Assembly: GCA_038060895.1 (NCBI GenBank)
Contig: JBBTCT010000005.1
Location: 5,713 to 69,712 of the forward strand
Origin: Planctomycetota bacterium
GTDB lineage: Bacteria; Planctomycetota; MHYJ01; WSZJ01
Length of the DNA stretch: 64,000 nucleotides
Reading direction: 5' to 3'
The notes beneath the pieces are model-generated. The model was not told where the DNA came from and ran no database searches. It saw nothing but the letters and a program-made list of their open reading frames with translations. The position numbers were made by a program, and so were the translations under genes. Below are positions 29,103-39,175 of this stretch, one piece after another (the first letter of the stretch is position 1; every line of letters starts with the position of its first letter).

Positions 29103-31418
29103 TCAGATTGGCAGCAGCCCCCTCCCCCAGGCAGCCTTGGCGGCCTCGACGCAGTCGGTTGGCACGCTTTGGAGCAGCTGCGCCCTCACCAACTCCGCGG
29201 CGGCGCGTTCCGGCGTTCCTCCACTCAGATCAGCCACGAGTCGCGCCGCGCGGGCTCGACGAAGGGGCGCCCCGATGCGATCCGCGAGGGCCTGCGCGGC
29301 GCGGGCCTCGGCGACGTCGTTCGTGAGCCGGGCGAGCAGCAGGCGAGCGTCCGCTTCTGCAGGTGCGAGCCCGATGGCGGCAGCCCGCTCGGCGAGCGTC
29401 CGCAGAATCTCGACGGCCTTGTCCACTTTGCCCGCTTCGGCGAGAGATTCGCAGACCACGCCCATCGCCTCCAGCTCGAGCACGGGAGATTTCAGCCGCG
29501 CGAAGCGCTCCTGGATTTCGTCGAACGCGGGCGCCCCGCATTGCTCGGCGAGCGCCTTCGCCCGCGCGGCCCGTTCCCCGGCCTTGATGAGTAAGCCTTC
29601 CTTTCGATCCACGGCAGCGAGTCCCAGGAGGCACTCGATGACCTCCGGTGTCGCCCCGATCGCCGCCGCGTGATCGAGCGCCGCCACGCACTCCCGCCGC
29701 GCATCCGCCAGCTCGTTGCGCGTCAGCCGGATCTGCCCGAGCGCCAACCGATTGACCGAGATCATGCGCCGGTCCTCGGTCTGCTCCGCCAGGCTCGTTC
29801 CGCAGATCGCCATCTCCAGCGCCCGCTGCGGGTCCCCCCACTCCAGGTGCAGCCACGCCAGTTTGTTATGCGTGCCGGCCAGCCCCCAGCGGTCTCCGAG
29901 CGCAGCCTTCGCGAGAAGCGCCTCTTCGAATCCCGCGAGCGCCCGCCGCGAATCGCCGGCGTGCCCGTACGCGTCTGCCACATTGAAGAGCGCCGTGGAT
30001 TCCTCGACGCGGTCGCCGCATTTCCGGCTGAGCGCGAGCCCCGCTTCGAACGCGTGCGCTGCCTTGAGCGGCTGTCCCTGACCGAGCAGCACATTTCCCT
30101 CGGTCCGCGAAAGCATCGCTTCCGCGCCCGCGCGGTCCGACTCCGATCCCGCCGCGGACTCCTCCAGCCGCTGCCGGCCGCACCGGGCACGCAGGGCGGC
30201 GTCGGCGAAGCGGCCGTCGTAGCAGCAGGCGAGGCCGGCCACTCCGTCGAGCCAGGCCGCACCCGCCGGGTCGGCCGTTCCAGCTTTCGCAATCCCTTCG
30301 TCGCACCTCCGGATCGCCACTTCGATGCGCCCCAGCCGCGCAGAAACAGTGGCGAGATTCCGCAGCTGCCGCGCTTCCGTCGCAGGCGAACTCGCGCCCT
30401 GCCGCTCCGCCGCGTCGCGCACCGCTTCGAAGGCCTCTTCGGCGCCGATGTAATCGCCCTTGAGCAGAAGCGACTGCCCCAGCGACTCCCACAGGTCGCG
30501 CACGTTGCGAGTCCGCGACCGTTCCGGGCCCGCCTGGGTCCCGGAGTCCGACTCGATTTTCTCACCCCCGAGCCAGCGCTTCAGGTCATTGGCCAGGTCC
30601 CGCGCGGTCGCGTATCGCCGCGCGTGGGATTTCTGAAGCGCCTTGCGCACGATGATTTCGAGGTCGGGGTGAACCGAGGGATTGACCTGAGTCAGGGGCG
30701 TCGGGTCGTCTTCCTGCACCGCGGCCAGCGTCCCCAGGACGTTGTCCTTCCGGAACGGCAGGGTTCCCGTGGCGGCCTCATACAGGATCACGCCGAGAGA
30801 CCAGACGTCGGTCCAGGGCCCCAGGTCCCTCGTCCGCCCCGTGGCCTGCTCGGGCGACATGTAGTCCGGCGTGCCGATCATCACGCCGCTGAGCGTGAGC
30901 TGGGTCGCGTTGTCCATCGGACGGGCCAGGCCGAAATCAGTCAGGTAAGGCGTCCCCGCGGCGTCGATCAGGATGTTGGATGGCTTGAGGTCACGATGAA
31001 GCACGCCTTCTTCGTGCGCGTAATGCACGGCCCGGGCAATCCGTTCCAGCATCGAGACGACGATGTTCAAGTCGAATCCGCCGGACGCGAGGTCGTCCTG
31101 AAGCGTCCGGCCGCGGACAAGCTCCATGCACAGGTAGGGAACCTGGTTTCCGTAGAGCTCGGCCGTGCCCACTTCGTGCACGGTGATGATGTGCGGATGG
31201 CGCAGGCGTGCCGCCAGCCGCGACTCGCGAAGAAACCGGCTGACATGCTCTTCCAGAAACTGGCCTGCATTCATGAACTTGAGCGCGACGTGGCGTCCGA
31301 GGTCGGGATCTTCCGCCTCGAACACGACGCCCATGCCTCCCTGCCCAAGCTGGGACAGGAGTCGATAGCGCCCCACCTGCCGCGGCGGCTCCCGCGGGGT
31401 CGTCCCGAAACCGGACAT
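29103..31418 (-). CDS. Hanks-type Ser/Thr protein kinase with C-terminal TPRs
   Basis: GQGGMG, VALK, HRDLKPSN, DFG, GTPDYMSPE; MalT-like TPRs; start codon uncertain. Confidence 0.9.
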   Translation of the reverse strand: MSGFGTTPREPPRQVGRYRLLSQLGQGGMGVVFEAEDPDLGRHVALKFMNAGQFLEEHVSRFLRESRLAARLRHPHIITVHEVGTAELYGNQVPYLCMELVRGRTLQDDLASGGFDLNIVVSMLERIARAVHYAHEEGVLHRDLKPSNILIDAAGTPYLTDFGLARPMDNATQLTLSGVMIGTPDYMSPEQATGRTRDLGPWTDVWSLGVILYEAATGTLPFRKDNVLGTLAAVQEDDPTPLTQVNPSVHPDLEIIVRKALQKSHARRYATARDLANDLKRWLGGEKIESDSGTQAGPERSRTRNVRDLWESLGQSLLLKGDYIGAEEAFEAVRDAAERQGASSPATEARQLRNLATVSARLGRIEVAIRRCDEGIAKAGTADPAGAAWLDGVAGLACCYDGRFADAALRARCGRQRLEESAAGSESDRAGAEAMLSRTEGNVLLGQGQPLKAAHAFEAGLALSRKCGDRVEESTALFNVADAYGHAGDSRRALAGFEEALLAKAALGDRWGLAGTHNKLAWLHLEWGDPQRALEMAICGTSLAEQTEDRRMISVNRLALGQIRLTRNELADARRECVAALDHAAAIGATPEVIECLLGLAAVDRKEGLLIKAGERAARAKALAEQCGAPAFDEIQERFARLKSPVLELEAMGVVCESLAEAGKVDKAVEILRTLAERAAAIGLAPAEADARLLLARLTNDVAEARAAQALADRIGAPLRRARAARLVADLSGGTPERAAAELVRAQLLQSVPTDCVEAAKAAWGRGLLPI

Positions 31419-31639
31419 GGGTGATTTCTGCATGAGCGGTGCGAACGCGAGGCCGGTTTGCTGATCTGCAGGGAGGCTACCGGTGTGCATACATAGAGTC
31501 AACGCGGCCCGGGCTGCATTGGATCTCTACGCGATTCTGAAATCCTCACGCGGACACGTGACGTACTTTCACCGGATTCGAATGCGTCGACGCTCAATCC
31601 ATTCGCGCGCGCCGTGTCCCCACTGAGCGAATTCTCGCC

Positions 31640-32260
31640 TCAGGCCGAGGGCGAAGCAGGTTCCCCCGAAGCGCCCTTCGCAGGCCCGTCGAGAATCGCT
31701 TTGTCGGGAGACCTCCCGGCCGACCAAACCAGGTTTGCGAGCAAGTAGAACGCGGGGCCGATTGCTGTCCCAATGGCGACCGGGTGACGCGACAACGCCG
31801 CCCCGAGGGCCAGCGGGAACGCGCACGCAAGCGCCCGATAGCGGGCGTTCGCCAGCTCGAAGGAGTGCTTCATGGTGATCGACCCGGTCACGTCGCCCGG
31901 CCTCATCGCAAGCCTTCGGAAGACCAGCAGGTTGCTGGCATGCTGGCCGAGGATCATCGCGTACATGCTAAGGATGCCCGCGTTCAAGACGGCGAAGGAG
32001 ATCGCAAGGTTTCCACGAGACGATTGCTCAACGTAAAACAGCACGATGGGAAGTGCCAGGGCAAGGACGTGATGGCGCGGATTGAACCAACGCTTCGTCT
32101 TGATCGCGGCCTGCCAGACTGGATTCAGCTCGTAGTGTTCTGAACGGAAGTGGCTTGCATACTCTCGCCCGGCCATGCGGGCGCCCAGGATGGTCAGCGC
32201 GTAGTCCACGAGCATGATCGGCGCGAGCAGGAGAACTTCCCAGTGGTCCCAGTTCATCAA
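31640..32260 (-). CDS. Membrane hypothetical protein
   Basis: 4-5 hydrophobic segments; DY.LT..G...YELNP motif. Confidence 0.6.
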   Translation of the reverse strand: MMNWDHWEVLLLAPIMLVDYALTILGARMAGREYASHFRSEHYELNPVWQAAIKTKRWFNPRHHVLALALPIVLFYVEQSSRGNLAISFAVLNAGILSMYAMILGQHASNLLVFRRLAMRPGDVTGSITMKHSFELANARYRALACAFPLALGAALSRHPVAIGTAIGPAFYLLANLVWSAGRSPDKAILDGPAKGASGEPASPSA

Positions 32261-32339
32261 GCCCTTCTTCCGCGTGTGTGGGTGATCGCTGCATTCTCCT
32301 CCTCAATAATGGCCAACGTCCATCCGAAGCTCCTCGTCG

Positions 32340-33470
32340 TCAGAGCCACCTGTTTAGTTCTGCCAGGCACTCCGCAACCGGAACAACGTCCACTCCCCGG
32401 TCGTGCCACCTCCGGCTCCCGAGATGCACCAGGCACGCTTTCGCGCCTGGATAGTCCTCCATAAACTTGCGCAAGCCCCGGAAATCCTCTGACCGGACCC
32501 GCTCCGAGGCCTTCACCTCGAACGCGCGCAGGCCGCGCTCGCCGTAGAGCACGAAGTCCACTTCTTCTCCTGCCGCGGTACGCCAGTAATGAAGGCCGTA
32601 ACCGAGGTTGCCGTAATCGTTGCCGGCGCGGAGATGATGAAGGAACAGCGTCTCAAGCGCGGGCCCACGAATTTCTTCCGGAGAGTCGAGCGGTCCTCGC
32701 GGCCGGATCGCCTGAAAGACACCGGCGTCGAAGAAGTAGAACTTGGGGTGAAGCGCGACGCGCCGCTTGGCGCGACGCGTGAAGGCCGGCAGCCTGAAAC
32801 CGATGAGGAGGTCTTCGAGGATGCTGAAGTAGTTTTCGACAACCATGCTGGAAATCGAGCAGTCCCGTGCGACCGAAGCATTGTTGAGTACGGCGCCCTG
32901 GGAGAAGCTCGCCGCCTCGAGGAAGCGGCTGAACGCTTCGAGACTTCGCGCGAACCCCTCCTGCTGTACTTCCTCGCGCAGGTAGGAAACCACGTAGCTC
33001 TTCAGGTAGTCCATCGGGTCATCGCCCGTGAACGCCATCGGAAGCCCGCCGAACCGCAGCAGGCGCTTCAGGTCGAAGTCCTTCCCGAGTTCCGGAGCGA
33101 TCAGCGGATGCATGCGGCGGGTCACGGCGCGCCCGGCCAGGAGGTTGACGCCCCGCCGGCGCAGCTTCCGGGCGCTCGAGCCGGTCAAGGCGAATTTAAT
33201 CCGGCGGGATTCGATGAGGCGGTGGACTTCGTTCAGCAACTCGGGGACCCGCTGGACTTCGTCCACGACGACCCACTCCCGGTGGCCCGCGGGAATCCGC
33301 TCACCAAGCCGCTGGGGCGCTCCGAGGAGGTCCGAGTATGAAGCGGGGTCCAGGAGGTCGAAGACGAGCGCCCCGGGCAGCCTCTCCCGGAGCCAGGCGG
33401 TTTTTCCGACGCCGCGGGGCCCGAAAAGGAAGAAGCTCTTCGAGGGGACCTGTAACAATCTTGTATACAT
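32340..33470 (-). CDS. AAA+ ATPase (AAA_14) with DUF4143/PD-(D/E)xK-like C-terminus
   Basis: GPRGVGKT, DEVQ, TGSS, LAGR, GGLP, PKFYFFDAG, EVDFV, FEVK. Confidence 0.9.
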   Translation of the reverse strand: MYTRLLQVPSKSFFLFGPRGVGKTAWLRERLPGALVFDLLDPASYSDLLGAPQRLGERIPAGHREWVVVDEVQRVPELLNEVHRLIESRRIKFALTGSSARKLRRRGVNLLAGRAVTRRMHPLIAPELGKDFDLKRLLRFGGLPMAFTGDDPMDYLKSYVVSYLREEVQQEGFARSLEAFSRFLEAASFSQGAVLNNASVARDCSISSMVVENYFSILEDLLIGFRLPAFTRRAKRRVALHPKFYFFDAGVFQAIRPRGPLDSPEEIRGPALETLFLHHLRAGNDYGNLGYGLHYWRTAAGEEVDFVLYGERGLRAFEVKASERVRSEDFRGLRKFMEDYPGAKACLVHLGSRRWHDRGVDVVPVAECLAELNRWL

Positions 33471-33579
33471 GGTTTAAGAATATCATACAAAAATCAAGTT
33501 GATATACAGTTTTGTAATGGGACTCCCTGCCCGGGACAGTTTGCCTCCCGCGGAAATAGAATCTGCTAATCTTCCCCCA

Positions 33580-35814
33580 ATGGCGCTGTTCGCGATCTCC
33601 CTCTTCATCAGTTCCACGCTCCTGTTCCTCATCCAGCCGATGGAGGCGAAGCGCCTGCTTCCGCTGCTCGGCGGGACTCCGGCGGTGTGGAACACGTGCA
33701 TGCTGTTCTTCCAGGCCCTGCTCCTCGCGGGCTACGCGTACTCGCATTTCCTCACGGAGAAAGGGACTCCGCGGCGGCAGGTGATGATTCACGCTGTCGT
33801 GCTGCTGCTTCCGTTTCTCAGCCTGGCGATGGGGCTGCCGGACTGGACTCCGCCTGTCGATGCGAACCCGGTTCCGTGGCTTCTGGCGATCCTCGCGGTC
33901 TCGGTGGGGCTGCCATTCTTCGCGGTCTCAACGACCGCGCCGCTGCTGCAGCGATGGTTTTCCGGAACGGCGCACGCCGCAGCGAAGGATCCCTACTTTC
34001 TCTTCGCGGCCAGCAACCTCGGGAGCATGGTCGCGCTTCTGGCCTACCCGGTCCTCGTCGAGCCGTGGCTGCGCCTGAACCAGCAGCGCTGGAGCTGGAT
34101 CGCCGGCTACGCGATCTTCGTCGCCCTGATGTTCGCCTGCATGACGAAGATCCGTCCTGCGAAAGAGGAAGCGCTGCCGGAGGAAGCGTCCCCGGGCTGG
34201 CCTCGCCGGCTGCGGTGGATCGCGCTCGCGTTCGTGCCCTCGAGCCTCATGCTCGGCATGACGACGTACGCGACGACCAACATCACGCCGTTCCCGCTGC
34301 TCTGGGTGATTCCGCTGGCGGCCTACCTGCTGTCGTTCATCGTCGTCTTCGCCCGGAAGCCGGTTCTCCGGCACACGTGGATGCTGGCGATCCAGCCCGT
34401 TGCGCTTATCCCGCTTGCCGCGCTCTTTCACTGGAAGCAGGGCGAGTTCAATTACGCGGTCATGTTTCCGCTTCATCTCGTCGCCTTCTTCCTCACCGCG
34501 ATGGTCTGCCACGGCGAGATGGCGGCGCTTCGGCCCGGGCCGCGGCGCCTCACGGAGTTCTACCTGTGCATGTCGCTCGGCGGCGTGCTCGGCGGGGCCT
34601 TCAACTCGATCATCGCCCCGCTGGCCTTCAAGACGCTCGCCGAGTATCCGCTGATACTCGTCGCGTCGTGTCTGCTGCGCCCTGGCGTTCCCGTGAAGCG
34701 GCCGGAGATCGCCGCGCTCATCGACCTTGGATGGCTGATGGGGTTGTGGTTCGTCGCCCTGGCGATCCTGGCGGCGTTCCTTCCCTCCAACCCGCTCCTT
34801 GTTCTCGTCCCGGCGGGCGTTGTCTGTTTCTTCATGACGCGCCGGCCTATCCGGTACGCGATGGGAATCATTTCGCTGCTGGCGGTGGGCGCGATGGCTC
34901 CCGGGCTCGAAGCGATGTTTCGCGGGCTACGGCATCCTGAGGACGCGGGGAGCTGGCAGGCTTCCTCTTCCGGCGCCGCGGCGGACGAGTCCAAAGTTGG
35001 TGTTCTCCGCTGGGAGCGCAACTTCTTCGGCGCCCTCCGCGTCGAAGCCAAGCCGGACGGCAGCCATTCCGAGATTCACGGCAGCGTCCTGCACGGCGTC
35101 CAGGACATGCGCAATCCCCGCGAGCCGCTGACGTACTTCCATCGCGGCAGCGCGATCGGGCTAGTCTTCGCGGCGTACGACGCGAAACTCGCCGGCGCGG
35201 ACATCTCGGTCGTCGGCCTGGGCATCGGCACAATGGCCGCGTACGGCAAGGCGGGCCAGACCTGGACCTTCTGGGAGATCAATCCCATCGTGAATGAGAT
35301 CGCCCGCGACCCCGCGTGCTTCACTTACCTCCGGGATTGCCTCGCCCACGTCGACGTCGTGCTCGGCGACGGCCGTCTCACTTTGCAGAACGCGCCCGAC
35401 GGCCGCTTCACTCTCATGGCCTTCGACGCCTTCACGTCCGAGTCCATCCCCATTCACCTCGTCACCCGCGAGGCAATTCAAACCTACCTGAAGAAGCTCG
35501 CGCCGGGCGGCCTGATGGCCTTCCACATCTCGGCGCGCTTCATCGACCTCCGGCCCGTCCTGCGCGAACTCGCGCGGGACGCCGGCCTCGCGTGTCGCGT
35601 CCGGAACGAAGCGGAGCTTCCGCCCGCGGAGCAACAGGCCCACAAGATCAACTCGACGTGGTTCCTGATGGCGCGGAGCGAGCAGGACTTCGAGCCGTTG
35701 AAAGGCATTCCCGATTTCAGGACGCCCGACTCGCTGCCGGCGGCGTCGGTGTGGACGGACGATTTCTCCAACATCCTTCAAGTCCTGCGCTTGGGCGGTT
35801 TGAGACGGCCGTAG
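33580..35814 (+). CDS. Fused membrane / spermidine-synthase-like SAM-dependent protein
   Basis: LLPLLGGTPAVWNTCMLFFQ, many TMs, VGLGIG, EINP, GDGR, DAFTSESIPIHL. Confidence 0.88.
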   Translation: MALFAISLFISSTLLFLIQPMEAKRLLPLLGGTPAVWNTCMLFFQALLLAGYAYSHFLTEKGTPRRQVMIHAVVLLLPFLSLAMGLPDWTPPVDANPVPWLLAILAVSVGLPFFAVSTTAPLLQRWFSGTAHAAAKDPYFLFAASNLGSMVALLAYPVLVEPWLRLNQQRWSWIAGYAIFVALMFACMTKIRPAKEEALPEEASPGWPRRLRWIALAFVPSSLMLGMTTYATTNITPFPLLWVIPLAAYLLSFIVVFARKPVLRHTWMLAIQPVALIPLAALFHWKQGEFNYAVMFPLHLVAFFLTAMVCHGEMAALRPGPRRLTEFYLCMSLGGVLGGAFNSIIAPLAFKTLAEYPLILVASCLLRPGVPVKRPEIAALIDLGWLMGLWFVALAILAAFLPSNPLLVLVPAGVVCFFMTRRPIRYAMGIISLLAVGAMAPGLEAMFRGLRHPEDAGSWQASSSGAAADESKVGVLRWERNFFGALRVEAKPDGSHSEIHGSVLHGVQDMRNPREPLTYFHRGSAIGLVFAAYDAKLAGADISVVGLGIGTMAAYGKAGQTWTFWEINPIVNEIARDPACFTYLRDCLAHVDVVLGDGRLTLQNAPDGRFTLMAFDAFTSESIPIHLVTREAIQTYLKKLAPGGLMAFHISARFIDLRPVLRELARDAGLACRVRNEAELPPAEQQAHKINSTWFLMARSEQDFEPLKGIPDFRTPDSLPAASVWTDDFSNILQVLRLGGLRRP

Positions 35815-35837
35815 CGTGGCCCCGCGTGCGTTGATCC

Positions 35838-36188
35838 CTACTTACCGGCGATCACGCTGAATCCGCCGTACAAGAGCCGCTTGCAGTCGAAGGGCGGCTC
35901 GCCGCAAGGCGTGTTTCCCATGGCCTTCATGACCTTCGCGTTCACGGCGTTCCTGTGCGCCTTCGAGCGGAAGACGATCCAGGCGAGCACCACCGTTTCG
36001 CCCGAGCGGACGCGCAGCCCCCTGGGAAACGGGATGCCGAACGCGGGCTTCCTCTCCTCGACGACGCACTCCTGGTAGTCGAGCGCGCCGTGCTTGAGCC
36101 AGAGGCGCTTCCCCATCCGCGCCATTTTCGTGTAGGCCTTCACATTTTTCGTCGGGATCGGGATCAGGAAGCCGTCGGCGTAGCGCAT
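35838..36188 (-). CDS. DUF1428 (YbaA-like) protein
   Basis: YADGFLIP...HGALDY.EC...ETVVLAWI.F.SKAHR...PFDCKR..YGGF. Confidence 0.85.
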   Translation of the reverse strand: MRYADGFLIPIPTKNVKAYTKMARMGKRLWLKHGALDYQECVVEERKPAFGIPFPRGLRVRSGETVVLAWIVFRSKAHRNAVNAKVMKAMGNTPCGEPPFDCKRLLYGGFSVIAGK

Positions 36189-36316
36189 GGGATCTCCTGA
36201 AGGGTTCGGGGCACGGGCGCTTGCGGGAGCCTACATCCGCGATGGATATTGTCCATGCAACGAAACCGGGTGTGACCCGATGCCTGCTGCGTTTTCGGGA
36301 ATGTTATGATCCGCTC

Positions 36317-36673
36317 ATGGTTCAGACGCTTCCCGCTCCGAAAGACGCCCGCGGTCACGTGATCGCACTGGAACCGATCTCGGGGCTGCTCGACCTCATC
36401 CAGTCGTCGCTTCACCCCACGGCCGTGTGGCTCTTCGGGAGCCGCGCCCGGGGCGAAGCGAAGCCGACGAGCGACTGGGATCTCCTTGTCGTCGTGCCTG
36501 ACGACGCTCCCGCGGCGAGCGATCCCATGGCAGGCTGGAACATTCATAAGAAGGTCAAAGTTCCTGCCGACGTGATCGTCTGCCCGGCGACCGAGTTTGC
36601 CGAAGGGCGGGAGACGGTGTGCACGCTGGCGTACGAAGCGGCACATTTCGGCGTGCCCATCTATGGGTGTTGA
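36317..36673 (+). CDS. Minimal nucleotidyltransferase (MNT antitoxin-like)
   Basis: LFGSRARG...SDWDLLVV; TATGAT box 6 nt before the ATG at 36317. Confidence 0.85.
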   Translation: MVQTLPAPKDARGHVIALEPISGLLDLIQSSLHPTAVWLFGSRARGEAKPTSDWDLLVVVPDDAPAASDPMAGWNIHKKVKVPADVIVCPATEFAEGRETVCTLAYEAAHFGVPIYGC

Positions 36674-37100
36674 TAAGGTCATCGCGAATCTCCTGCGGGT
36701 CGCCAAGGGAGACCTGGACGACGCCCGTCGCCTCGCCGAAGTCCCCAGCCGAAACGCCATCTACCTTTGCGAGCAGGCGGCTGAGAAGGTCATCCTTGCG
36801 GTCGTTGCGTCAGAAGGAAAACACGGGAACATCCAGCACATGCTGGACAAGTTGGTCGATCTCGTTCCGGACGAGAACCCGCTCAAGTCGCAGCTGAGAA
36901 AGCTCCAGGACCTGGGCTTCTTCGCAACGTCGTACCGCTATCCGTCGTCGAGCGGCAACGTGAAGCCGCAGCCGGATCGGGCGGAATTCGATCGGCACGC
37001 TGCGAACGTCCAATTTGCATTGAACGCTGCCGTCGCTGGATTCAAAGTAGACCTGTCTAGACCGAGTTCGCCCGCGGGCAGCGCGGCGCCGCTACGTTAA
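36663..37100 (+). CDS. HEPN-domain protein (MNT-HEPN toxin-antitoxin-type pair)
   Basis: A..DL..A...EQAAEK...H.L..L...YRYP; overlaps the MNT gene. Confidence 0.82.
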   Translation: MGVDKVIANLLRVAKGDLDDARRLAEVPSRNAIYLCEQAAEKVILAVVASEGKHGNIQHMLDKLVDLVPDENPLKSQLRKLQDLGFFATSYRYPSSSGNVKPQPDRAEFDRHAANVQFALNAAVAGFKVDLSRPSSPAGSAAPLR

Positions 37101-37173
37101 CGAACCAATCGCCGGAATTGCTCTGCCCCGCGCCCTTCCGGATTTAGCCCCGACTCAATCTCACCGGATCGAT

Positions 37174-38103
37174 ATGGAAAAGGACGTAAAGATTCAGCAG
37201 ACCGCGCGGGGCGAGTTCCTTTGCGACTGCGGGTGCGGTCGGCGGTGGCCAGCGATTCTTGGCTCGCTGGCACACAGCGGTGTTACGACCCGCTTCGTCG
37301 CGCTTCCGATGATGCACAACGGTATCGCGCACTCCTGGATGGCGCTCGATCCGAGCGCGTGGCCCGAGCCGAGACTTCCGGGATGGATTCTCTTGAGAAG
37401 CTGGGTGGACCAGAAAAATCTGATCGGAAGCGTGACGAGTCCCCCCGACTCGCCGATCCGACTTCTCCAACCCTTCACATCCGGGGCGTACGGCCCCCTT
37501 CTGACGCGCGACCAAGTCCAGAGCCAACCGCAGGCCAAGACCTTGATATTTGGAATCCACGATGCCATCGCCGCCCAGCAGCGGGACCTGCGCGTGCTTT
37601 GGACGCTGGACAGATCAAGCAGACCGAATCCTCCCGCTTCTGGAAAGGGACTCGACTTCACCTTTGGGATGCCGGATTGTGTGTTCGCACTTCCCGTCGA
37701 GCAAAGATCGAGGCAGAACCTACAGAATTTCGCGGAGTGCGAGGATCGTCGGTTCGTGCGTGCCTTGCTCCCCATTCGTATAGAAGACGGCGGAGAATTG
37801 CGCATCGGCATCTGGGTTGAGATTTCCCGGGATGACTTCCGCAGGCTCTACGAAGTCTTCTGGGACGATGAGAAGGCGTATGTCGCGATGTCCGTCTCGG
37901 GCCGCATCGAGAACACTTTTCGGATCATCGGAGAGAATCTGAACGGGATTCTCGTCCGAATGGCAGCGAGAACACCCGACGAATGCCTGTTTGTGCTTGA
38001 CTCTGAGAGTGCCTGGCTGGCTTCGCTCCTGGCCCGACCCATCCCGACGGAGTCGCTGCCTGACCTGAAGTTTGAGATATTCGCCAGCGCTAGACAGGGT
38101 TAG
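37174..38103 (+). CDS. DUF2199-like domain protein
   Basis: C-terminal F..PD...RRFVRALLPI......GIWVEISRDDF pattern; N-terminal CDCGC. Confidence 0.6.
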   Translation: MEKDVKIQQTARGEFLCDCGCGRRWPAILGSLAHSGVTTRFVALPMMHNGIAHSWMALDPSAWPEPRLPGWILLRSWVDQKNLIGSVTSPPDSPIRLLQPFTSGAYGPLLTRDQVQSQPQAKTLIFGIHDAIAAQQRDLRVLWTLDRSSRPNPPASGKGLDFTFGMPDCVFALPVEQRSRQNLQNFAECEDRRFVRALLPIRIEDGGELRIGIWVEISRDDFRRLYEVFWDDEKAYVAMSVSGRIENTFRIIGENLNGILVRMAARTPDECLFVLDSESAWLASLLARPIPTESLPDLKFEIFASARQG

Positions 38104-38158
38104 CCGGCGCCCCGGCATTCCGTCCCAACCGTTCCCCAGAGTTCGCAGGAGGGCTCCC

Positions 38159-39175
38159 TCACCCCCTCAAGCCCGACACAATCTCATACGACCTCAGCCG
38201 CGCGGCGTGGTCGAAAACCTGGCACGAGATCATCAACTCGTCCGCCGACGTCCTTTCGACAAACCTCTTCAGCCAGTCGCGCACGGTCACGGGCGAGCCG
38301 ACGGCCGAGCAGCCGAGCATGCTGTCGATGATGAGTCGGTCCTGCGGGGTCAGGGATTCGTCGAAGCCTTCCTCCGGCGCGGCGAGGCGGCGCGGACGGC
38401 CGGTGTGCAAGTCGAGGATGACCTTGGCGAGCGAGGACCATAGCCGGCGCCCTTCGCTGTCGGCGTCGCCCGCCTTCGCTCCTTCGGAGCTTCGGCGGGG
38501 TTCCGCGGCGAAGACGTTGATGCCGGGCATCACGTAGGGTTTTGCGAGTCGCTCCGACGGGCGGAACTCCCTTCGGTACACGTCCAGCGCGGGGAGAAGC
38601 TGGGCGGGCGCGAAGTGCGAAGCGAACGCGTACGGGAGGCCGAGGTGGGCGGCGAGGCGGGCGCCGAAGAGGCTGGAGCCGAGGATCCAGACGGGGACGT
38701 CCTGGCCAGCGCAGGGAACGGCCTTGATGTGCTGGCCGGGGTGCGGAGGCTTGAAATAGTCCATCAACTCCACGACGTCCTCGGGGAAAGTGTCGGCTGC
38801 GGAAGGGTCGCGCCGTAGCGCGCGCGCCGTCTTCTGGTCACTGCCGGGAGCTCTTCCGACCCCGAGGTCGATGCGGCCCGGGAAGAGCGCCGCGAGGGTG
38901 CCGAACTGCTCGGCGATGACGAGCGGGGCGTGGTTGGGGAGCATGATGCCGCCGGCGCCGACGCGGATCGTCTTCGTGCCGGCCGCCACGTGCCCGATCA
39001 GGACCGATGTCGCGGCGCTCGCGATCCCGGGCATGCCGTGGTGCTCGGCCATCCAGAAACGCCGGTAGCCCCACTTCTCCGCGTGCTGCGCGAGGTCAAG
39101 CGTCCGGCGGAAGGCTTCGGACGCGTTGCTCCCCTGGACGATGGGGGCGAGGTCCAGGATGGAGATGGGGGTCAT
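38159..39175 (-). CDS. Luciferase-like (LLM class) flavin-dependent oxidoreductase
   Basis: [45 protein letters not shown]. The ATG overlaps the upstream TGA. Confidence 0.92.
   Translation of the reverse strand: MTPISILDLAPIVQGSNASEAFRRTLDLAQHAEKWGYRRFWMAEHHGMPGIASAATSVLIGHVAAGTKTIRVGAGGIMLPNHAPLVIAEQFGTLAALFPGRIDLGVGRAPGSDQKTARALRRDPSAADTFPEDVVELMDYFKPPHPGQHIKAVPCAGQDVPVWILGSSLFGARLAAHLGLPYAFASHFAPAQLLPALDVYRREFRPSERLAKPYVMPGINVFAAEPRRSSEGAKAGDADSEGRRLWSSLAKVILDLHTGRPRRLAAPEEGFDESLTPQDRLIIDSMLGCSAVGSPVTVRDWLKRFVERTSADELMISCQVFDHAARLRSYEIVSGLRG
38469..38499. repeat. Palindromic REP-like element inside the LLM coding sequence
   Basis: CCCGCC-TTC-GCTCC-TTC-GGAGC-TTC-GGCGGG, which coincides with the peptide [11 protein letters not shown]. 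Confidence 0.7.

Noticed and set aside
32340-33470. AAA/DUF4143 gene as a marker of a defence island or mobile element
   Set aside because: It is a solitary member of a very common family, with no integrase, transposase or partner genes nearby.
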